From Podarcis tiliguerta (taxonomy: Eukaryota): 64,000 nt of DNA. The stretch lies in NCBI GenBank assembly GCA_965153285.1, contig OZ229114.1; one strand, written 5' to 3'. The notes beneath the pieces were generated by a model. That model was not told where the DNA came from and did no database searches. It saw nothing but the letters and a program-made list of their open reading frames with translations. A program made the position numbers and the translations under genes. Positions 50,935-61,213 of this stretch are shown in pieces (position 1 is the stretch's first letter; each line of letters starts with the position of its first letter).

Positions 50935-52611
50935 TATTGGAATTCTATGTGGTTAAAGCTGCCCATTAAATCAGCATCATCTAGTATGAGGGAACAAGCA
51001 TGAAAAGGTGTGCATAAATGGTATGAGACTGTTTCAAATGAATATATCTAATAGTCAAGGAGGGAGGTGGGAACAGATAAACAATAACTCACAAGACGTC
51101 CATGAAGTTAACTCTTTATTCAAAGAAACAAACAGCTCAGGAAGACAGGCCCAGTGAGCACAGCAACTCTTCCCAGCAGATCTTGCCCCATTGAGGCAGT
51201 TGCAAGGACTGAACGCTCCCACTTCCCCACAACTCCCTAAGTCTCCTTCCCATGCAACCTGAGACTTCTTTGCCGTGTTTGTCTATGTTCCTTTTCATAC
51301 CTCCATGGGTTCTGGGAGACCAGGAGAGAGGGGGAGACTCCCTGGCTTTCTTCAGCAGCCTGCCTGATCTCTGCCTCTTGGCTCCCCTCCTCTGCAGCCT
51401 TTGTCTCTGCCTGATTCTGGACTGCTCTCTGCCACAGCCTCCTCCTGCTCACTAAAGCCTCTGACCCTTTCAGCTGCCGACACCTCCTCCCTTCAGTCTG
51501 CTCCCCTTTCTCCCTCTGACCACTCTTGTCATCCCACCACCAGTCCCCTGGCTTTGAGCCTTCTTCCCCTGGGGTTTCCCTTGGGAGTTCCCCAGCTGGG
51601 GCCTCCCACTACTCCTCTGCCTCCAGCCAGTCCATGATACTAATTTGAAACTGTGTTAGAGACAAATGTCATTCCAGCATATGTGGTAGACTTGTGAAAA
51701 AGTGTTGCAGTTTTGGACTGTGGTCTTTGCAGAAATATCTGAAATGACTGGACAGTAAGTGATGAAATCTCCAGAATTGTTCCTGTTAAACTTTTTTTTT
51801 TCCTATTCAAAACAACAATGGGGATGGCCATTCCAAATCTCTAATTGGATAGATTCTTGCTGCTGCGTGGCAAGTTGTTGCTCAATGGACCAAAAGAGTG
51901 CCTCAGTAGCTAATTGGTATAAGATGGGCTGGCAAGTCACTTGGGTGGATAAATTAATGAATAATCTAAAGTATAAAGATTCTTTTGCAGCAGATTGGCA
52001 CTGTTCTATTGCTTATGCAAGCAAAGATGAAATGCAAAGGAATATCCCAGAAGTATACAAAAATTTCTGGCTGTTTTGAACATTGTGGGTTTGAATTTTG
52101 ATACTTCTTGATGGGCTATACTGACAGATAAATGTTTTTAAATTTATTTTACTCGCCTTTCCCCCTCTATGTTGTGAGGCAGGCATTGTTCTGTACTGTT
52201 AAAATTGTGTTATTAATTTTTTTAAGTAATAAACATAAAAGGGGGGATAGAACACCAGGTGCCTGTTTCAGCGGCATAGTTGTTGCTTTAAAGTATATCC
52301 ACCGCTGTCTGCGGATGAGCAGAATGGACTTCCACACAAGCTATGGGACTTCATCTTTATTTCCTTCCCCTTGCTGCCCCTGCACACCCTCATAATCTAC
52401 TCTGGACCATGCTGATCTTCTTTGTACATTCCAATTTTAGCATATGTGCTGCCGAAGTGAGTTTTATGTGAAGAAGTTAAAGCATAGAATAATTATGATA
52501 CGCAGCAGAATTGGAATTTTGAGGAAACCATGGAGGGGTGGATGGGAAGTCAAATGTGGATGATGGAGTATTAATTTGAAAATGTTGTACAATTACCTTT
52601 TATTTTTCAGA

Positions 52612-52620
<9 letters not shown>

Positions 52621-52652
<32 letters not shown>
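52621..52652. repeat. (CA)16 microsatellite
   Basis: Read directly; other CA/TG runs near 63030 and 63766. Confidence 0.9.
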
Positions 52653-52655
<3 letters not shown>

Positions 52656-53511
52656 CAATCTACTCTGGAGGTGCAAGGGGGGAAGGAAGCTGATGGAGGA
52701 CAGTTTCTGGGGAGATGAACAAATACTATTTTCTGAGTCCTCTGATTTGGTTTTTTGGGGGAAATGTCTGAGGTCTTCTGACTGTTCACTTTTTTTAAAT
52801 TCACAGAAGTTATAGGAAAATTCCCACATTAATCCAAACTAACTTTGGTTAACACGGTCATCTCTGTCAAGGGCAGAGCTCTGAGTGCTGGAAGGATACA
52901 GGGCCTTTTACACAAACCCAACCCTGTTTCTTTGCATAGGTCACATCAGTGAGACAATCTGCATGTGAAAACCTGTCTCTCTTGAAGCTCATTTGCTAGC
53001 TTTAGACTTAAAGCAATTGCCTGCAGACCTACCTGTGTATGAGTACCACCAAGCCAGGCAGCAGGTTAGCTGAACATCAGCTCCATTGATATCTTCAAAC
53101 GAAACAGGTGAATCTGCATAGTGCATACGAAACCAGCAAAACCTCTGGTGCAATCATGATTCCAGCACCTGTCTTGTTTGTTTCAAGAGCAGTGTTAGCA
53201 TCAGTTAAATGTTAAATGCATACTTCGACCACGCATCAGTGGCTCTAGACTCAAGCATATGAATAACGGTCCAATTAAAGCAGAACAGGGTCCTAAAAGT
53301 GTAAGCCTACTGATAGTTCTCAATCATCCAGGCAATGCATACTATACTTTTATATTTTAATTCCATGGGAACCATTGCTACTAATGGGTTATGCAGCCTT
53401 AAGACAACAGCATGAGTGGCTGTGAATGCAATATATGTGTGGGAGCCAGGTCTATTATTTATTAAGAGAACGGATAGGAAGAAAGCAACACTGGTAGATT
53501 CTCACTTCTAG

Positions 53512-53517
53512 TTTATT
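53512..53517 (-). terminator. First AATAAA found downstream of the GOLGA7B stop
   Basis: TTTATT on the + strand about 1.95 kb past the stop; usage unverified. Confidence 0.3.
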
Positions 53518-55382
53518 GTCAGAAGTTTTCATGTAGAGTCAGAGGGATACAACTATGACCAGATCCATGAGTCCAACATATGGCATGGGGAGCAGCTTCT
53601 CAGGGCATCTGGGTACAGGGGGAAACCCTCCCAGGGTCCCATTGGCTTAACCTCTATGCATTTGTGATGCCCTCCGCAGCTCTCCCATTTCCCTGCAGCA
53701 CAGTCAGGGTCTGGTCACTCTCCAAACACATTCATCCCAACCATCAAAAAGGAGGAAATCCCATTCTGATATCAAGAAGTTTGGAGCACTAACAAAGTAG
53801 TGGAGTGACTGCTGGGTTTGCCCAGGCCAAGTATCCAAAACAGCCTAGTGTTTACCCTCCAACAATCTCCCCCTCCACAGCTGGGTGCAAACAAAGTCTT
53901 ATACTGAGTGACCCCCACAAGGACATCTAGCTGTGCGTGGGACATGTGGTGTGTGAGAAGCTGGAAGCATTTTTGGAGCTGCTGTCCATTGCCAGAAATG
54001 GTGGCAGGCTTCGCCCAAGGTTTGGACACCTGTTCATTGGGCAGCCCAGTCCACTGACCCAGTGGCTCAGTCGTCTCCCCCTTGCCTTCCCATCTCATTT
54101 CACAGAATGGCACTGGGGACTCAGAGAAGAGATACCGAAGCTCCAGAACCAAGAAGGTCTCAGACATACATATGTGGGGCCCAGGTAGCTATTTACAGGA
54201 AGGAGGGAAAGGGAACATGCAGCAAGGAGACAACTTGTGCATGCAAGTGATAAGGTGATGCTGCAAAACACCTGTGCACTGGGGAAGTGGGTCAAATATT
54301 GCAGGGTTCCATACCCACCTCGGAGTTTTCATCCTCCTTCCTCTTTCTTCTGTTTGCCAAATGTGGTGTAAGGGTGAAGGGAGGGGTGGAGCTTTGGTAG
54401 CCAGGGCTATATTAAATATTTACAGACATAATCCCAAAGATGCTTATTGGACTGGGATGAGCTGAGGAACTGAGGAGCCAGAGGCCTCTCCACTAAAGCA
54501 CCTCCAACATCTCCCATCTTCTGATGCTCTCCATGATCCCTGGTTGAACTGGAAAACCTGTTGCAGCTGGCCAGAGGTGGCAAGGTGCAGTCTTTCAACT
54601 TTGGAAGACTATATTGTTCTCAACAGGAAATGTGCTGCTATCCCACCAGAGGGGGACAGTGCTGCCTCACATCCTCCTGTGGTTCCATACAATGCCCCTG
54701 TCCCTCTGTTGCCTCAAAAGGATCCAGGGCATGAGGCATGTGCCCTAGTACAGAGTCCATCCTGGAATCTGTGAGAGGGCATGTCTCTGACAGTACCAGC
54801 ACCCTGCAGGAGGGATGGGAGGGTGGGCAAAGCACTTGCAGTGGCCCCACCACAGCACTGTGGATGTTGGATGCTCAGACCATGCCTAAAGTGCCAGGAG
54901 AATGGCATGCACAGCAGCAAGCAAAAGACAGGAGCTAGGATGGGGGGTCAGTGCCAATGCAGGAGGGGAGAGGACAGTGGTGCTCAGGGAAAGGCTTGTC
55001 ACGGGGTCCCAAAATCACCAGTTCCCTCACCCACACCCCACCCCATCTCACCATGCTGGGCTGATCTTTACTGGTCATTTGACCTTGAGCAAGAGGGTGC
55101 ATTCGGACAGGGTATTTGTGTACCTGCAGCTTGTGAGGACAGGACTTGGACAATGACACATTTGGACATCCCGGGGAGGGGGTGGGCAGGAGTGTCCCCA
55201 GGAGCCCGCAGGAAGTGTCAATTCAGGTTATCCAGGTTTTGAGCCATGGGGAGACTGGGCTCATTTGGGGCTGAGGCCAAGCATCCTCTTTAGAAGGACT
55301 TTGCCCCCCGCTGGTTGTCACAAGCCCCTCCCCAGGGGTGTCACAACCCTCCTTGCCGGCACCCCAACCCCCCTGGGGCTGC

Positions 55383-55472
55383 TCAGAAGCGGGTGCTCTG
55401 GTAGCGCAGTCTGCGGATCTCGGAGACACCGTCGTCCCGGCAGTACAAATCCCTGCCGGGACTCTGTGCCAG
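55383..55472 (-). other. Candidate stop-codon readthrough extension of GOLGA7B (LAQSPGRDLYCRDDGVSEIRRLRYQSTRF*)
   Basis: In frame after TGA-C; 10-bp hairpin at 55434-55462; C-terminal T-R-F. Confidence 0.5.
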
Positions 55473-55580
55473 TCACCGGCCCCCGGCTCCCCCACCCCCG
55501 CCGCCAGCACTGCTGTTGCTGCTGCTTGAGCTGCCAGAGCTGGAACTGCTGCAACGATCCTCATAGATGGAGATCTCGAT
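55473..55580 (-). CDS. GOLGA7B: GOLGA7B last coding exon (IEISIYEDRCSSSSSGSSSSSNSSAGGGGGGAGGR*)
   Basis: CACAG acceptor on the - strand; the Ser/Gly tail distinguishes GOLGA7B from GOLGA7. Confidence 0.95.
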   Translation of the reverse strand: MEISIYEDRCSSSSSGSSSSSNSSAGGGGGGAGGR

Positions 55581-58002
55581 CTGTGGGCAAGAGGATAAGG
55601 AGGACACAGGGAACAAGGAGAGGTAGTAGCCTTGCACACCCCTGCTCAGCAGCCACAAATGCACATAGAGCTTGACAGTGCTGTAGGGCAGGGTGGGGAA
55701 CCTCCAGCCCAGGGGCCAACTGCATCCCTCCAGATCTCTCCATCCAGCCTTTAGGAAACTCCCTAGGCCATGCCCCTCCTGGGACAATCTTGCTGTATGC
55801 CCACCTTGAGTTATTCTGCCTGGCTGGACAGATGTGTGTATATAAACCTCTGATGTATGCTGGAAGATTCCCATCTGATCTTTCACCCAGCTTTGCCTCT
55901 GGCATCACCCACCACTAGCAAGTAGCCCTTAGGAGGTTCCCCATGAGGAAACAAGGCCTCAGACTGAAGAAGTTTCCTCACCCCTGTTGTAAGACATCAG
56001 CTGATCTGGTAAGAGCAAGTTCCTGACTGTTCCAACCTCAGACAGTTTGGCATGTGCAGCTGAAATATGAAATGACAGCACACCTTTCAGGCAGTTGCTC
56101 TGTCTCAAATACATGTTGTGGTTCCACAAGTCAACTATGCACTGGGTAAAAATATGCCTCATCTGTTTTTCTCTGACATCAGGTGCCTTCTTCTACAGAA
56201 GGGGTTGGCATCCTGTGTTGTTGGAGCTTCTGCTCACTTCCATTTATCCCTCACCTAGAAAGAACAGGTCCCAGAGGTTTTCTGTTTGCCCCACCTCTTT
56301 CCCCAGGAAAACCTGCTCTTTACCACTGAATTGGAGCAAGTGTCAGTCCATGGAAAGCCCAATTGACATTTGCTCTGATTCAGTGGTAAAGAGCTGCATT
56401 ACCCCAGGGAAAGTGGCATGACAAGGAGAAGTGTGGACAAGCCCTTAATCTGTGGCTTCCATCCCATAATCCCAGACTACTGGCCAACCATGTTGGTTGG
56501 CGCTGATGTGAGCTGGAACCTAAGAACATCTGTGGGGTGACAGGTTTTCCATTCCTGCTGTATGATATCACACAGAAGATGAAAGAAGGTTGCTCCATCG
56601 TCATAGTTTCATATCTGTCTACTTCCACTCCTTAACCACCACTTATCTAAGCCGAATAGTTGAAAGCGTGCAATGCTTTATTAACTTGGGAGTAAGTATT
56701 ACTGAACTAAGTGAAACTTACGTTTGAGAGAGTAAGCAGGCACATGATAAGACAGTTAATCTTTCCTTACACAAAAAGTAGTCGTTGCCCCATGAATGTA
56801 TTGCATGCTCACTCTTGCAGGGACAGCCCTAAAGTTATATGCTACTGCCTACCATTATGAGATGTTCTTTGTAACTAAAAACTTGCACCTGAGTTTACTT
56901 TTACCTCTTCCCTCCCAAATCTCTCATTTTGTGCTGTGTCCCCTAGATTGTGAGCCCGAGGGCAGGGACTGTTTTATTTCTGGTCTTTGCGAGCCTTTTT
57001 CATCTGAAGAGCAAAGTTTTAAAGCTCTACACAAACACATCCCAAGCACATCCTTTATAATCCCTACGGTGTTTTGCTTGTGTTTTTGAAGGCTAAAATA
57101 CATTTTGCTGACGAGTTCAGGAAACTGTGAGTCCTGGCAGCACTAGAGGCAGCAGGAATGCTTGGTGGGTTGGAGGGAACACATGGGCCTTTCAGTACCC
57201 ACTTCTTCTTGGCCACCACATCCCTTCAAGGGAGCAGAGCCAGAAGCCGCAATAGCTGGACACAACCTCTGGTGAAGGAGCTTGCCTCCACAAAGACCGA
57301 AAACCTCTGGCTGCTAAGCATAGGCCTGGTAGCCCCTTTGGGAGCAAGGGTCGTTTCCTGTGGCACTGTGGTGAACCTGGGGAGGCAGCAACACCAGCAA
57401 AGGGAATTGGGGGGTTACTTTAGACATCACTATCCACACACTGTGCCTCAAACCAGCTGATTCCATCTGCTGAGAGCAGCAGAAAAGTGAGCAGCAGTTA
57501 GGAAGGGTCATAGCTCAGTGGTACTGAGCAAGATGGGACAATGGTCTGGCTCCATATAAGGCAGTTTCCTATGTTGCTAAAAACTTCAGCCTTATATTGT
57601 CCCATTTCCCCAAACTCTTGGCAAGGGAGCAGAGTCACACAATGCTATTGTTCAAAATATCACCGATAGCACTTGGGACTCCAGATTTGTTGCTGTGTAG
57701 AGTAATCTACAGTAATCTGCCTGTAGATCTGATTTTATTTTTGTGAACTGCTTTGAGCCACTGTGGTTAGAAAGCAGTAAACAAACACTGTAAAATAAGT
57801 AAGTAGACTAAGTAGCACGATCCCACAACTTCTTTTTTGAGCTTGAATGCTGAATTTGGAGCAGAGAATCTCAGCTGGGACACAGGAAATGGTCGTGTGT
57901 GTGTGTGTGTGTTGCTGAGAGTCATCCACATGGGTAAGAAGAGCGATCTATATGGTGACCATATCTTCCCCTTTCCCCTTTGGTGCTAACCAGGAAGGAT
58001 AC
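55581..58002 (-). other. U12-type (minor spliceosome) GT-AG intron of GOLGA7B
   Basis: 5' site GTATCCTT; branch-like TCCTTATC 13 nt upstream of the exon. Confidence 0.8.
57500..57578 (+). mobile_element. Internally deleted tRNA-derived SINE
   Basis: Head GGTCATAGCTCAGTGGT fused directly to tail ACTGAGC...TATAAGGCAGTTTCCTATGTT. Confidence 0.55.
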
Positions 58003-58104
58003 AACTCGCATGCCCCGTTCCACTGGGTCTGTCAGCAACAGCCCTCGAGGAGCATAGATTTTCTCATTCTGCTCTTGGATGTACTTGGAGATCTTCTTCA
58101 GAAC
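58003..58104 (-). CDS. GOLGA7B: GOLGA7B exon 4 ([34 protein letters not shown])
   Basis: CAG acceptor, GTATCC donor, 102 nt, phase 0; translated by hand. Confidence 0.95.
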
Positions 58105-59931
58105 CTGGTGAGATAATTGGACAAGCGCTCAGCAACTATTTGGCGAAGATGTAGCCCCAGAGAATGAGACACAAAATACAGGGAAGATGATCCATTTACT
58201 GGGATCCTCTGAAGTTCTTGGATTCACCTACTTCAAGAAGGAAAAGGTGTTTCATGAAACCACAACAGATGAAACACCTCAATAACAGAAGCTAGTGTTG
58301 ACCTAGATATCCCATTCCCAGTTTCAGTAATCTCTGATTGATAACCATCAATCTTTGAAAGTTTCCCAAGACAAGTCACTCTGTTGCCTAACTGTGCTCC
58401 TACACAGAGCATGTTGCCCTACTATCTGCCTGAGAACATTTTTTGTAAGTGAAACCAACAGAATTATTTTAGCCTCTCTCCTACGCTATTTATGTGCCCC
58501 TGTGAATGACTGCATCGCATCTTGAATGCATGGGAGCCCAATCTAAATTAGCTGAAGACTTCACAGAAAGGTAGAGCTACATTCAGATGAAATGTATAAA
58601 ACTTGAAGGGAGAGCTGTTAAGTGTACCAGAATGCTCTGCTATTTTGAATATTTTCCCAGCCCTGGAAAATAGTGAGTTGTCAAGTCTGACATTTTGAGC
58701 AAAACCTGTGACAAAGAAAGCATTCCCTACAGCTTGAAACAGGCTGTCAGTTTAAATCATGTACCTTTCCCTTTTAATCCTGCTCATTATTCCCTCTGTT
58801 TCTTATGTTCAGACATCAGTACCACTGCTTATGAAGCTAAGACAGCTATGGGCAAGAGGGAAGTATCAACAGGCTGCAGGAAACTCTAACTTTTGTAGAA
58901 GTATAAAGAATCTTTAGGGGGGAAATTATGGGGGACCACAAAAAGAACATGTTCAGTGGCCATGGAATACTATTGCAGCATGTGGGTGGGGGGAGGAAAA
59001 CTGATTGGGTGGGAAATGTAATGGAGTATCCTAGGGAGGGTACTGAACAGACTGTCACTATATCGCAGGAAGAATTTAATTGCATACCAGAAATTTTGGT
59101 TGTCACAGTTAAAGTGCTGTGGCACAACAAATCTACTTTTAAAAAAAGGTCCAGACTTTTTGCAGGAAGGAAAGTGATGAGGAAGTTCACTAAAAAGTGT
59201 GTGATGATGGTCCGTTGACAGTAAGTGATATAACCTCCCCACAAACAATTCAGGAGGAATGCTCAATAAAGAGAGGATACTGCAAAATTACCCTGAAAAC
59301 TTTGTGCTAGTAAACTGGGATGAGAGCTCAATAAACAGGTCATCTGGAGGAGCCCAAGAACATTCCACACTGCAACGCTTTGCTGCAAGTCTCCCTGGTT
59401 CTATTCTACCAGAGCTCTTTACTAGGCAAGGATATTCAAGGTCATGCCTACCTGCTGTTAGAGATAAGCAAATTTCAGATGCAACCAGGAAGGGGGGGGG
59501 GGGACTCTAAAGAACAAAACCAAAGAATGAGGATGTGTCCACACTGGGCTTCTCTCTCCACTCTTGAAACTCTACGTGTTCATTATGTGCAAGTAATCCT
59601 TCAGTCCATATGCATGAGCCAAGTGTTCACTGGATTCCTGCCATCAGCATATCAGACAAAGCTAAAAACTCTGCCAGTGTGACCTCATTGTCTACATGAT
59701 CCTGCGTTGTTTGGGTTCAGGATTCAGATCACATACTATCACAATTAAGTAAATAAAAGCAAGTATATAAATAAAAACATCAGCTTGGCATTCTAATTTC
59801 TGGGTGCTTCAGCACCATATGCACCGATGCATAGTGTCAGTTTGCTACAGCTTTGCTACAATAGTTGTGATCACAACATTTCTGGATGGTAACCCTTTAT
59901 ATCCTATTTAGTTCAGTCCTAACCCCAATGA

Positions 59932-60279
59932 TGTGGCGCTGTGGGTTAAACCACAGAGCCTAGGACTTGCCGATCAGAAGGTCGGCGGTTTGAATCCCCG
60001 CGACAGGGTGAGCTCCCGTTGCTCGGTCCCTGCTCCTGCCAACCTAGCAGTTTGAAAGCACGTCAAAGTGCAAGTAGATAAATAGGTACCGCTCCAGTGG
60101 GAAGGTAAACGGCGTTTCCGTGCGCTGCTCTGGTTCGCCAGAAGCGGCTTAGTCATACTGGCCACATGACCCGGAAGCTGTACGCCGGCTCCCTCAGCCA
60201 ATAAGGCGAGATGAGCGCCGCAACCCCAGAGTCGGTCATGACTGGACCTAATGGTCAGGGGTCCCTTTACCTTTACCTT
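59932..60279 (+). mobile_element. Near full-length Sauria SINE
   Basis: A-box TGGCGCTGTGG, B-box GGTTTGAATCC, (ACCTTT)n tail, 12-bp TSD TAACCCCAATGA (59920-59931 and 60280-60291). Confidence 0.92.
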
Positions 60280-60488
60280 TAACCCCAATGAGTCACAAAT
60301 TGAGATTATTGGCACAAGAAGAGGTTGGACAGGATATTGTTAAATATGGGAGAAACAAGGCATCTACATCTTATGAACGTGGATAATCAGGTGGTTCATT
60401 TAACTTACACACTCCATATTGACCAATCAATATTATATAACAACGTCAATTGTTATATCACAATACAATGCATGTTGTGGCTCCAAAC

Positions 60489-60641
60489 CTTCTCATAGCG
60501 GGTCTCCATGCAGAGGAAGATGAAGTAGGCTGTGGCACAGGCCAGACATCCCTCCAGGTAGGAGCTGCCCCCTATTTTCTCAGCCTCCGCATAGAAGTTG
60601 TTGAGGGTCTTCACAGTTTCTTCAAAAAGTTGCCGCTCAAT
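60489..60641 (-). CDS. GOLGA7B: GOLGA7B exon 3 ([51 protein letters not shown])
   Basis: AAG acceptor, AAG|GTTTGG donor, 153 nt; Erf4/GCP16 family with the GCLAC palmitoylation motif. Confidence 0.96.
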
Positions 60642-61087
60642 CTTTGGTGAGGAGAAAAAAAGAGAAAGAATGCCATAAGATGTATGCACAAGAGGCCATT
60701 CCATTGTTTATGGCACCCATCTTTCACCCATTGCAAAATAATAGGTGCTATTGGAGAAGGGAGCATTGAAACAAGAGCAGGTGTATGGTGGAATGGAAGT
60801 GTGTGTGTTCAGATCTTTGAGCAAGATGGTCTGCTATGCATTTTGTATATGATCACAACGGCTAACAAGTTAGAATAAATCATAAAAGGAAATGAGGCAT
60901 ACCCCAGGTGTTTAAGAAGGCAGCAAACCACTCTGTGCAGCTTAAGATTTCTAGAGCATCTGAAACATCATTGGTGCACTAACACCTTGCTCTCACTGGC
61001 ATCCAGACTACAATGCCTTCATCTGACATAAGGATTTGTCACCTACTTCACCAGTCAGCATGAACCCTGTGAGAAAACTGGCTGTAC

Positions 61088-61213
61088 CCGGCTGTCCAGC
61101 TCTGGAGGGAATTTGGTCTGGAACTGGCAGATGGTCCCGTCACTGTAGTCCCGCTGAACAAAGACCTTGGTGGCCAGGGAAGCACTCCGCCGTAGTTCTT
61201 GGAGATTGTGGAC
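61088..61213 (-). CDS. GOLGA7B: GOLGA7B exon 2 ([42 protein letters not shown]); exon 1 not found in the window
   Basis: CAG acceptor, CGG|GTACAG donor, 126 nt; translated by hand. Confidence 0.95.

Noticed and set aside
55473-55475. GOLGA7B UGA as a selenocysteine codon
   Set aside because: No SECIS (AUGA...AA...GA kink-turn) recognised by eye, and the codon is the normal family stop position; a SECISearch run on the 3' UTR would settle it
60489-60641. Assignment to GOLGA7 instead of GOLGA7B
   Set aside because: [27 protein letters not shown], the [15 protein letters not shown]-terminus, the Ser/Gly tail and adjacency to CRTAC1 all fit GOLGA7B
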